A stretch of DNA of 64,000 bases from Candidatus Atabeyarchaeum deiterrae (GTDB taxonomy: Archaea; Asgardarchaeota; Atabeyarchaeia; Atabeyarchaeales; Atabeyarchaeaceae). The stretch lies in assembly GCA_037310415.1 (NCBI GenBank), contig CP147780.1:2528001-2592000 (forward strand), read 5' to 3'. A model generated the notes under the pieces. The model did no database searches, had not been told where the DNA came from, and was given only the letters and a program-made list of their open reading frames with translations. Shown here piece by piece: positions 1-10,000 of the stretch (the stretch's first letter is position 1; each line of letters opens with the position of its first letter). The position numbers and the translations under genes were made by a program.

Positions 1-242
1 TAGTTTCCTGAGAAGTGCTCTATGTGTTCATGCGTGTTCACTACGAAGGACACGTCTCTTCTGCGTAGTCCTAGTTCGTCAATTCCTTTCGTGAGGAATC
101 GGTCTGACGTAGCGTCTCCCATTCCTGTATCTATGACAATTGAGGATTTTGTGCCCTTAATTATGTAAACGTTCAGGACAGGAGTATCATGAAAAGGTAG
201 TTTCAGTTCAATAATATGTACAGATTCTGAGACTTGTATCAT
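1..242 (-). CDS. MBL-fold metallo-hydrolase (5' part; runs off the window start)
   Basis: Not in the ORF track. Manual translation from ATG 242: MIQVSESVHIIELKLPFHDTPVLNVYIIKGTKSSIVIDTGMG...VVNTHEHIEHFSGN, with the NxY, IDTG and THxHxxH motifs of MBL-fold proteins. Confidence 0.85.
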   Translation of the reverse strand, partial: MIQVSESVHIIELKLPFHDTPVLNVYIIKGTKSSIVIDTGMGDATSDRFLTKGIDELGLRRRDVSFVVNTHEHIEHFSGN

Positions 243-428
243 GGGGAAGCCTTCGCGACATAAGTTTCTAAGACCTTATTTCAAGTTGATATATAATGAT
301 TGCTGACACGGAAGAAGCGCTGAGTGAACAGCAGAATAGTGACTGCAATTCGATAAATCAGATTGTATGTAAGTCTGAGAACATATCCCCAGCAGAGGGA
401 GAAATGAGGAGGTAAACCATTCCTTTCG

Positions 429-962
429 CTAGTAGAGCTTTCGTTTGACGGTTACCTCTTGAGTCGTCTCATTGTAGTTAACCAGGTTAGCGTTCGCAAG
501 ATCATATATGCTTTTCAATACGATGGCAGGTTGAACGCCAGATGTGTTATTTATTTCGCTTCGGGTCAAACTTTGTTTCTTGCCATGAAGCAGCCAAAGT
601 ATCTTTGCGTGAGGCCTGCCTTCAAAAACCTCTTCGAGCAAAGTCACGTAAATTGTCAGAAGCTCTTTGACATCAACTTGCTCCGTTACCCTGCCAGAGA
701 GCTCTTGGTATGTCTTGGAAAGTTTCTGAAGTTGAGTTTCATAACCTCCGAGCTTTGATACAAGATCGACGTTAGACTGTTTTAGCTTCGACAACTCCAC
801 GTCCTTCGTGTCAAGTTCAGCTTTCTTGTCTTCCTCGGCTTTCCTGGCAACTTCTAATGCTTCCTTGATTCTGGTGCGTAAGTCTCCAAATCTACTCTCA
901 AACTCTGATAATCTGCTGTCAATATCCTTTAGAATTGACGACTGTCGGTTCGATGAGCTCAT
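429..962 (-). CDS. Hypothetical protein, N-terminal coiled coil plus C-terminal winged helix
   Basis: Heptad-like charged N-terminal ~95 aa; C-terminal KILWLLHG..LTRSEI..SGV.PAIVLKSIYDLANANLV fits a wHTH pattern. Confidence 0.7.
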   Translation of the reverse strand: MSSSNRQSSILKDIDSRLSEFESRFGDLRTRIKEALEVARKAEEDKKAELDTKDVELSKLKQSNVDLVSKLGGYETQLQKLSKTYQELSGRVTEQVDVKELLTIYVTLLEEVFEGRPHAKILWLLHGKKQSLTRSEINNTSGVQPAIVLKSIYDLANANLVNYNETTQEVTVKRKLY

Positions 963-1576
963 ATTGATAGGCTCCTTTCTCTTTGAGTCCAGAGTGAGAA
1001 TTTCCAGTTGAGAATACTTGAAATGGATAGTTTATAACTCTTTACTCGGTCATGAATCGACGTGATCCGTAGACCCATCTTCTCAGAGTCGTAGCGCGAT
1101 TCTTTTTCTCTTCTTTATGAGATAGCTGTTGGTAAGACGCCATCTTGATATTTGAACTTTAATACGAGTATTCTCTACCCGTTTAGATGGGTGGGCTTCG
1201 AGTATTCCTGACTTGAAGGCTGAGGCCGAGAGCCATTGGTGGCGACAACTGTTGTGCGATTTCACTCTTGCCCAAGTTGCAGGTCACATTGGGAAACTGT
1301 ACCTGTTAATTAGAGACGGATACAATTAAGACAAATAGTTGAAGCTATTGATGAAAGTACTTATACTCGGAAGACGATCTTAGGTGGGAAATTCAACACC
1401 CATCGCCCGAAGCCCAATTATAAACGGTCTGGAATACCGACAGACTCGAAGGTCGATGCAAGCACTTTTCATCGAGGGCAGAGGAAAATGGATTCAGAGA
1501 CCGGGACTAATGAGAGACTGCTTCGCTCGTTGGGATTGCACCACCATCAGCTGCTATTGCAGGAAAGTCTAACTAG

Positions 1577-3928
1577 GTGAGCGGCGGCATGTACACTGAT
1601 TTTCTCATCGGCATCGGCTATCTCCTTGGACAAAAGGATAGAACCAAGTTGCTCAGATTGACTCTAAGCCTGACGAACAGAGAATCAGACGATTTTGCCC
1701 GCGTGTTTTATGAGTTGGCGCCATATCTCAAAGTGGAAGAAAAGCGCAAGTATGGTAGTGAAGCGCTAGAGAGTGACGCTTCTTCGCTTTCTAATCTCGT
1801 AATTTTGTCAAGCTGCTCTAATTACCTGCCAAAGGACAATGTTACCAGAAGAATCAGATTGTGCCTAGAATCAATAAGAAGAGAGCTTCCATCCGTGAAA
1901 CCCGACTTGATCAGTAAATCGCATCACGGTTTCGTTTCATTCATGATTCAGCAAGGACTGTCCACCATCATCGACTATGAGAGTGATTCCATCTCAGTCA
2001 TAGCTAATATTGTGGAGCAAGAAGACCGACTTAACGAAGCAGCCGAGTACTTCAGTAAGTCGCGAATCTGGTTGAGCAGGATCTCGTTGGCACAAGCTTC
2101 ACTGACGTACCTGCGAGCAACAAAAACCACGAGCATAAAAGTGCCAGAAACACTTGATCAAGCGCGGCGAAAAGCTCTTGCATCGACCAGCAACATGAAG
2201 AAGTTCAGCGACTATGGCACGCTATTCACAGGATTCAGGGTCTTGTACCTGATCGATTATAGAATTTATACGATGTCACATACAAGTAACAAAAAGGCAT
2301 TGAAGATTTCGAGCCGGATGAGACACGATGCTCGACTCATGATCGTCGCGGGGGAAAATGTAGCTGATGTCGAAAAGCTTGCAGGTGCCTACACTGATAT
2401 GGGAATAGCTTTGAGGATCCAAGGCGAACTCGAGAAGAAACTTGCCAAGAAGAGGCTACTACTCGAGTCAGCAAGAGAAATGCATCTGAAAGCAGCTTCC
2501 ATGATGAGAGGAATAAATGATGGCTCATTTGCCCTGCATCTCTATAACGCGGGTTCAACTCTGATTGGTCTAGCGTCATTTGAACCAAATGATGTTAAGC
2601 TCAACGACCTTTACGAAAGGGCGTCGAAGGAAATGGATGAAGTGATTAGTCTGTCTAGCGCTTCAGTCGAAGCCAAGACCCGCGTTATGGCAATAATAAC
2701 CAAACTTCTTTGCATGGAGGAGACGAGTGAATCAAAGCCAGTCTCAGTTACAGCGGATGCTCTGGCGGAGTTGGACCGCCTTAGCAAACAGCTCGAAGAA
2801 ATCAGAGCGAGAGCTTACGAGCTCTATGTCCTCCCCTATGCATACATGAATCTATCACGATACTATCTGAAGTTGCTGAGAAACAGCGGAAGGCATCGCA
2901 AGGAATTCATTGAGAAAGCCAATACAAACGCGATAAAGGCATACGAGATTGCCGAGAGCATTTCTAATATTGAGATTCTGTGGGCTATTCTTCTTCTTGA
3001 GGCAGAGATTCTGACGGCAAAAGGAATTATGAACAATGACCTGGAAGCGCTTGACAAGGCCAGCGTCATGATCGAGAAATCCTGTGAACTGGTGGAAGGA
3101 AACGTAGATTCGAGAATCTTCAGGAGCTTATCTTTCGCCCCAGAGATCCATCTCGCCAAGTATGGTTTCACTGGCAATCCGAAAGAGTTGAGCAAAGCCA
3201 TTGCATATTCAAAGCGATGTATCGCGATATGTGTGAAGCTCCGATATCTGCAATTCGCCGGAGAGGAATCATTCAGGTTGGCAACAATGTATGTTCTCGC
3301 AGGTGAGGACAGAAGAGCAGAAGAATCCCTAGATCAGGCAGCAAGACTATTCAAGAAGTCAGGTGAAGCCAATCTTGCATTTAAGCGCGAGCTCGACAAT
3401 TCGTCAAGAATATGCAAAGCGACGAAGAAACTAGTTAAGGCTCAGACGGCACTAAAGGCTGGTCAAAAAGCAAGGGCTAGAGCACTGGCGGAACAAGCTG
3501 AGAACGAGATGGTTAAGGCAAATGCTAGATGGAGAGAAGTTTGGTTAGTCAGAGGATTGAAGGAACTGATCTTGGGCAACCCAGAAGAAGCAAAGAAGAA
3601 TCTTATAAGGATCCTCGAGGAATCGCTTGATGAAAAAAACCCGATTTCAACAGGGTACACTGCCAAGAGACTGATGAGCTTCATTGATGAGGATTCAGAG
3701 ATGGGCAAGAAAATACTTCCGCCAACCGTGATCGACATGCCTCTCAAAAGTGAGACAATACTCGCAGTAATTAGACTGGACAGGATCGGCAAAGAGATTT
3801 CATCAATGGTGGGAGCAGGGCAAGAAGAGCAAAAGGAACTCAACATAGATGAGATTCGTGAGACAATCAGAAGACTAACGGGAACTGGGAATAGGGAAGA
3901 GAAGAACTCGGCGAAGAAAACACCCTAG
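1577..3928 (+). CDS. Large alpha-helical (TPR-like solenoid) hypothetical protein
   Basis: 783-aa ORF rich in A/L/E/K helical repeats such as LAGAYTDMGIAL and AEESLDQAARLF; start uncertain. Confidence 0.7.
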   Translation: MSGGMYTDFLIGIGYLLGQKDRTKLLRLTLSLTNRESDDFARVFYELAPYLKVEEKRKYGSEALESDASSLSNLVILSSCSNYLPKDNVTRRIRLCLESIRRELPSVKPDLISKSHHGFVSFMIQQGLSTIIDYESDSISVIANIVEQEDRLNEAAEYFSKSRIWLSRISLAQASLTYLRATKTTSIKVPETLDQARRKALASTSNMKKFSDYGTLFTGFRVLYLIDYRIYTMSHTSNKKALKISSRMRHDARLMIVAGENVADVEKLAGAYTDMGIALRIQGELEKKLAKKRLLLESAREMHLKAASMMRGINDGSFALHLYNAGSTLIGLASFEPNDVKLNDLYERASKEMDEVISLSSASVEAKTRVMAIITKLLCMEETSESKPVSVTADALAELDRLSKQLEEIRARAYELYVLPYAYMNLSRYYLKLLRNSGRHRKEFIEKANTNAIKAYEIAESISNIEILWAILLLEAEILTAKGIMNNDLEALDKASVMIEKSCELVEGNVDSRIFRSLSFAPEIHLAKYGFTGNPKELSKAIAYSKRCIAICVKLRYLQFAGEESFRLATMYVLAGEDRRAEESLDQAARLFKKSGEANLAFKRELDNSSRICKATKKLVKAQTALKAGQKARARALAEQAENEMVKANARWREVWLVRGLKELILGNPEEAKKNLIRILEESLDEKNPISTGYTAKRLMSFIDEDSEMGKKILPPTVIDMPLKSETILAVIRLDRIGKEISSMVGAGQEEQKELNIDEIRETIRRLTGTGNREEKNSAKKTP

Positions 3929-3931
3929 TGA

Positions 3932-4423
3932 GTGGTTTCAGCAATGAGTATCGAGAAAAACTATCTGGTGCTCAGATGCCCCAACTGTAGTTACTACGCG
4001 ATTGCGCAAGCGGGGCAGAAGACTCATATGTGTGTCAGGTGCGGGAACAGAAACAAGGTAGACAATTCGTTCCCAAGAGTAATTCAAGGTTTTGATGAAG
4101 CACATAGACTAGTCAAGGAGCTAAACTCTAAGGAAGTACTGGACAATACAAGTACTTCAAAAGATCCGTCGAAAGCTGCTCTGGTGAATGAGAGCTTGAA
4201 GGGAAACGTCATTGCCAAGGATCGAGCCAAGGGTTTGCTAAGGACATTCAGGGAAGATGTATTGCCAAAATATCTAGACAAGGAAGTCGAAGAGTCCAGA
4301 CTCATTTCAGAGTGTAGAAATGCGGGCATACCGAATGCCTATGCTGAGAAGATTATTGCAGAGTCTGTAGAGAACGGTTTAGCATACCGTCCGAGAAAAG
4401 ATTGGATAAGATTTCTGTCATGA
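3932..4423 (+). CDS. Zinc-ribbon (DUF1922/DUF5817-like) protein with C-terminal winged helix
   Basis: CPNC-x15-CVRC N-terminus; C-terminal AEKIIAESVENGLAYRPRKDWIR resembles archaeal MCM-type C-terminal wHTH; starts 3 nt after the upstream stop. Confidence 0.7.
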   Translation: MVSAMSIEKNYLVLRCPNCSYYAIAQAGQKTHMCVRCGNRNKVDNSFPRVIQGFDEAHRLVKELNSKEVLDNTSTSKDPSKAALVNESLKGNVIAKDRAKGLLRTFREDVLPKYLDKEVEESRLISECRNAGIPNAYAEKIIAESVENGLAYRPRKDWIRFLS

Positions 4424-6922
4424 CAACGAGGCAAGTTGCCTGTGATTGATGATCCTCGCAACGTATTCTATTATCATCGATGCCGTGCTTTCATGCAACT
4501 TCACGACTTCAGCAAGTTCTTCAACTGAAGCTCTGCCAAGTTCGTCCAAGCCTGTGTATCCTAGATCATAGAGAGCCCTGGCTGATTTTCGCCCTATCGA
4601 TGGTATTGATGGTTCAACTAGGGGCAGAAGCTCTTCTCTAACTCCGAACCGAATCCTTTTGCCAATCGTTGACAAATCCTTTGAGAGGTTTACGAGTCCA
4701 AGAAGTCGTGCCACATTTGCCGTCGCATTCGCTAGTCTAGCAACTTCCACAATCAGCTCGTGGAAGTCCCCTGGGGCCAACGCTTTGGATCCTGTAATCG
4801 TCTCTTCGTTTCTCTCGTCGATCCATTCTACTATCGCCTTCATGACGGCGCGTTGGTTCGTGACTAGTCGTTCTCCACTTTCAATGATCAAGGCTCTCAA
4901 AACGATGTTGATCATTGACTCCACTTCGAGTCTAGTATCGGTATGCAGTTCCGCGAAAGCGTTTTTTATGAAAATCGCTGTAAGTACATGCAAATATGAT
5001 GTCGCGGTGATATGCCCGAGTTCAGTGCACTCATATTTCCTGTCAACGATTGTGACTAGTCCAGAGCTCACTAGCCGGTCCAATGGTAATGAGGTTGAAA
5101 GGGAACGAAAGATGATGTCTTCAGAGTGTAGTCTGGTCGCGGAGGCATGGAGCGCACACCTAGCCAAGCCTAATAGATGTTTGCACAGTTTACCGTTACT
5201 ATTCCATTCTGCTTCTGAGTGTTTCAAATGCATCTCCTGGCAATCACATCTTGCACCTCTGCTTGAATCGAAGGAGCATGAAATCCAAATCCGTCCGCCT
5301 TCATCCATTACCCTTGCTTCAATCCTCTCCCTGGAGATATCCAGAATTCTCACAAAGGATCGCTTGTGATGGTTCTTGTTGTCTTCTTCTCTTCTTGGAG
5401 ATGAGAGTAGTCTCAGTAATCCTTGAATATCAAATGAATCTGCCCTCAGCAGTAGATTAACATCGGAGTCTCTCTTGTTTCTTGTTTTCCACCAAAGTGT
5501 TTTTGAGAGATAGTCAAGTAGATCGCTTTCACCACATTCTCCCAACTCATGAATCCGGATTAGGAGTTGTTCGAGCATCGCGTCCTCTTCGTTCATTCTA
5601 GACTCGATTAAGGGGAGCCTGTACCTCAGTCTGGGTCCTTGTTTTTCTTTGATGTCTTGGTCGAAATACATTCTCTTTACGAACTCCTGCTCAGCTATGC
5701 TATCAACGAGTATCACTCCATGCCCAGACGTGTCATAGCCAAGACGACCGGCTCTGCCAAGCATTTGATCCAGCCTATCAGGTTCGACCCTTCTAAGCAG
5801 GGGCAGAGGAGCAAAGGCACCATGGGATTCTGACTCAACGTATGAGGTGTCTGTGATGATAACCATGCTCGCGGGAGTGTTAATTCCTGTTCCGAGCGTT
5901 GTTGTGCAAACAATTGCCTTGATGATACGTTTTCTGAACCCTTCTTCAACGATATTTCGCTCTTCGGCTTTCAGTCCAGCATGATGGAATGACACTCCAT
6001 CAGCGATTAGTGATGCTAGTTTCCGCGTTACCATCGGGATTTCATCATTGTTTGTCAGCAATGTTGAGGAGAGCCCTTCTGTATCAGTTCTTTCTTCAAC
6101 GGTCAATGTTTCCCGAAGAGCGTTGGAGAGAAGAAATGCGATTTGTTCCGACCGAGATCTACTATTCGTGAATACGATCACGCTTCCTCCTTGCGAGATA
6201 CTTCTCAGTGAAAGCGCGATTGCTGACCTAACCTTGTTGCTTGTTATCGTTACATCTAAGTAGAGTGGTACTGGTCGTTTGTCCAATCTTATCAGCTTGC
6301 AGCCAAGCCAGTTGGCTACTTCGTCAGCATTCCTGATTGGAGGACAAAGAGCGATGAGTTGAACGTCGGGCAGCTTCTCCTTCAATCTGATTATAGTAGA
6401 TTCGAGTCTCGGACCTCTACTCTTGTGAGATAAATAGTTGATCTCGTCAGTCACAACTAGACTGATTCTTTTCAGCCACCAGACCTTCGATCTGATTGAG
6501 GAGTCGAATCGTTCGTATGTAACAACCATGGCCTGACAATTAGCAAGAGAGTCTTCACTCAAGTGAGGGGGAAAATCCCCTGTATTCATAACCACTCTGA
6601 AGCCTTTGTATCCCAATGCTTGCCTGAGTAAGTTGAACAACTGATGAGCAAGTGCCTTCAAGGGAACGAGGAAAACGGCTTTTCTATTAGCATTCGTCTC
6701 AACCAAGAGCTTCAAAGCTGCAATTAGTCCGATGAGTGTTTTTCCACTCCCTGAGGGGGCAACAACAATCAGATTGGCCCCCTCAAGTAGGCCCTCATCT
6801 AGTGCTTGCCTCTGAATTCTGTTCAACTCATGTATATCGAGTCTTCTGAGTGCACCGTCCAATGCCGACTGGAAGTTCTCCCCGTGCGTCCTATTAATAT
6901 CACCAGGTGACTCGGGAGTCAA
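4418..6922 (-). CDS. Hel308/Ski2-like SF2 helicase with inserted SWIM zinc finger
   Basis: APSGSGKT, VPLKALA, DEIN, FHHAGL, CTTTLGTGINTPA and QMLGRAGR motifs; C-terminal HhH (IGRKSARALYDLGY); internal CDC-x18-CKH. Confidence 0.9.
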   Translation of the reverse strand: MTPESPGDINRTHGENFQSALDGALRRLDIHELNRIQRQALDEGLLEGANLIVVAPSGSGKTLIGLIAALKLLVETNANRKAVFLVPLKALAHQLFNLLRQALGYKGFRVVMNTGDFPPHLSEDSLANCQAMVVTYERFDSSIRSKVWWLKRISLVVTDEINYLSHKSRGPRLESTIIRLKEKLPDVQLIALCPPIRNADEVANWLGCKLIRLDKRPVPLYLDVTITSNKVRSAIALSLRSISQGGSVIVFTNSRSRSEQIAFLLSNALRETLTVEERTDTEGLSSTLLTNNDEIPMVTRKLASLIADGVSFHHAGLKAEERNIVEEGFRKRIIKAIVCTTTLGTGINTPASMVIITDTSYVESESHGAFAPLPLLRRVEPDRLDQMLGRAGRLGYDTSGHGVILVDSIAEQEFVKRMYFDQDIKEKQGPRLRYRLPLIESRMNEEDAMLEQLLIRIHELGECGESDLLDYLSKTLWWKTRNKRDSDVNLLLRADSFDIQGLLRLLSSPRREEDNKNHHKRSFVRILDISRERIEARVMDEGGRIWISCSFDSSRGARCDCQEMHLKHSEAEWNSNGKLCKHLLGLARCALHASATRLHSEDIIFRSLSTSLPLDRLVSSGLVTIVDRKYECTELGHITATSYLHVLTAIFIKNAFAELHTDTRLEVESMINIVLRALIIESGERLVTNQRAVMKAIVEWIDERNEETITGSKALAPGDFHELIVEVARLANATANVARLLGLVNLSKDLSTIGKRIRFGVREELLPLVEPSIPSIGRKSARALYDLGYTGLDELGRASVEELAEVVKLHESTASMIIEYVARIINHRQLASLS

Positions 6923-7003
6923 GCAACAGCATCCCTCTCATGGAAAGGCGTTTCGCATTTGACCAAAAAACCGATCGGAGATATTCGCATTGAAGTAGAG
7001 TAA

Positions 7004-10000
7004 CTAGTCACGTCTGTGGAACCGCCTCTTGGAATTCGCTGCCTTATCTCCTCTTTTGGTGCTTTGGTTGTCTCTGTTGTTGAGTGAATCCAATTCTCTC
7101 TGTCTGGCTCTGAGCACGTATGTTGCTGACATCAGACATCCTGAACCTATTAGAAGGCTGAAACCAAGAGGTGAAAAGATGGCGTCTAAGATGGAGGTTT
7201 CCCAGCTCTCACCGGTTCCGTCATTATTGTCACCATTGTTCGAGGTCGAGCGCGGGGTAGCTTCCACCAACAGGACCTCCGACGTTGATCCAGAATAGTA
7301 CTCGGTTGTTTGGAATTCGCAGTAGATGGAATAGTTGCCATTCTCATTCACTGTGAATTGCGCCGAGGCGGAGCCATTGAGCCTCGTTGTTGATAACAGA
7401 GTTGTTTGCTTCTCTGAAGGACCCAGAACGACGAATGTTATGCTCGAATTTGCAACCGCTTTGCTACTAGTTATTTCTGAGAGCTGTGCTCCAAGTTGCA
7501 GAATAGAACCAACGCATATCGGATCCAAGGCAACATGATTTGACGAGATCGCGAGTCTGGTGGCTGTCTTATTGACATAGATTGCTTTTGACGAATTTGC
7601 AGGGCTAAGTGTACGAGAGCCGTCGAAGATGATGCTAATACAGTATGCGGCTGAGCAGTACGGTTTCCAAGCGAAGGCGAGTTGACCTGACGAATTTGAT
7701 GATGCGGTTTCCGACAGCGAGCTATTCACATAGAGACGAAGGCTGGCTCCGATGATAGGTGTCCAACTTGCATTCAGCGCATGAATTGATGCTGAAACGG
7801 AAGTGTTTGAAGTTGTGAGATAGCAGACGTCGACAGGAGTAGTTATGACTAGATCAATCAGGGTCCTGTTATTCGATATTGTCACCGTAAGCTGGGTGAG
7901 ACTGGTCTGATATCTTTCCTTGGAACATCTGAAAGTCACGCATTGCGATCCTAGGAGAGAGTTATCATATGGAACACTGATGTTTGAAGCGTACTTTCCG
8001 CTGCTGACCGGCGTTTCAAAGCATGAATAGGCGTGGGTTCCGAGCTTGATTCTCGCTGTCGCACCAGTCATTGGTGACAGGAATTTGTCATCGGTCATTG
8101 TAAAATTGGCGGCATAGCAGAGTCCTTGTTGCATTTCACTAGGTGCACTGACTGAGTGGATGGCAGTTTTTAGTTGCTTCGCTGCAACCCAGGTGTAGTT
8201 GCAGTCACTGAGGATCTCCACTGACATTCTCGTTGTATCAAGCCGGTAATTGACCTTGTCATTATCCTCGAATGCTCCGTCAGGTTTCTCAAAGCTCTTC
8301 ACAAACTTGACTAGTGATGTCTTGTTGATGATGGAGAGTTCGTTGAGTGCTTGCAGTCCCTTGAAGGAGTAATAGCTGTCAACTAGATTTGAGAATAAGC
8401 TGGACTGGAGGAATGCAGTTGTTTTTCCGTAGTCCACCTGCGACAATGCATTCAGCAGCTTTAGTGAGGCTAAGGACATAAAGGTGGCTTCAGCTGGAGA
8501 GTAGGGCTCCATCATGTAGCTGTCATCATTGAAGGAGCCTGTCGACGGATCGTAAAGACTCATTATTCTCTGTACTGTAAGAGCCGTGTCGGTTAGGTGA
8601 CTTGTGAATTCGTTTGTGAAGTTTAGGAAGGCAGCTAGGTTCCTCATACAGTTGAGGGCGTGATATGTGTAGCGCAGTCCTGCGGTTAGGTTACTTGCAG
8701 GTGCACTGGAGAAGCTCTTGTAGTAGCCACAATAAGACCCTGTGGTGACTTCGCACTGGCAAATTTCGTTCCAAATCTGCAATGCATGGCTATTTATCCA
8801 GCTATTGCGGTCGAGGTTCAGTAGAGAGGTTGTGGCTAGATCTGTTAGTATTACACCGGTTCGACCTCTTTGAATGGACGAGTATTCAAAGGGCTCTTCC
8901 ACGATGAAGCTACTGTAACCGTCCGAGCTTGCAGGGTAGCTGATTCTGAGCCATTCAAAACGGGCCGAAATATCGCTGTATGAATAGATTATTGAGTTGA
9001 ACAAATGGGTCGATTCTGCTGAATCTAGGAGACCGAGGTTGCAGAGAGTTGATATCGCGTTAGTGGTCTGCCAGAGGTTAGACAAAGTTCGTGGGATATT
9101 TGAGAAACCATACATTGGCTCTGGAGAAAGACATCTATTCAGAAACTCGATGAACCCTCCGATGTCCCTAATCATGTTGGTGTAGCCTATCAGTTGTAGC
9201 CCAAGAATCACTGGATAGCAGTCCCTGACTTCATCTACAGCTTCATCTGTGCAATTAGCTTCGGACCATCCTCCGTCTTTGAACTGGACTGCTGTCAGAT
9301 AATTGGCCACAAGCCATTGATCAATGTTCTGCGTTTTGCCAAGTATGTAGAGGCTTGCAATGGAGTAGCCTGTTCCATCATTAACTAGGTTACGTTTGTG
9401 AAAAATGTGCTCATCATAGAATATCCCTTTTGATGGTACGTATCCATTCATCAACCATTGCTCAGCGATTATTCGATTCGCTGAGTCCAACGCGCCAAGC
9501 AATTTGAGACTAGTTAGTGCCATGTAAGTGGAAGTAGCGAAGGATATGCCGGCGGGTGCATTAGAAAACCCACCATAGTTGGCAGTATCCCATTGGTTCT
9601 GGTTCTGGCAGGATAGAAGGTAGTCTACGACTCGAGTTCTGTTGATAGTATTGAGGCTTCCCGCAGCATTCAATCCTTGCAATGCCCAATAGGTATTCGT
9701 AACATCCCTCGAAGTGTCTCCACGGAAGCGGACGAATCCATCCCCAAGCTGGCACGATCGAAGGTATTTTGAAGTCTTCGTTACATTGATCTTGCCCAAT
9801 GCGCCAAAGCTGGAAAGCGTGAGGAGGGCCATCCCGGTCTCGACCACCGTGGGTTCGGACGACTGTGTAGAATATCTTTGAGGGGACCAGAATGCCCCTT
9901 CTGTGAACGAGTAGCAGTAGTCTACGAGCCAGTCAGCCAAGGCTGAGGTGTTGATAACGTCAAGTCTCCCAACAAGTTTCAATGACTCGCAAGCGTAATA

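Noticed and set aside
963-1480. Larger intergenic gaps (also 38917-39360 and 53810-54100) examined for tRNA/ncRNA
   Set aside because: No cloverleaf, T-loop GTTCRA in a proper stem, or convincing extended structure found
4659-5369. Long antisense ORFs (e.g. 4659..5369, 33415..33906, 47708..48178, 52853..53305)
   Set aside because: Shadows of well-supported genes on the opposite strand, with no motifs of their own
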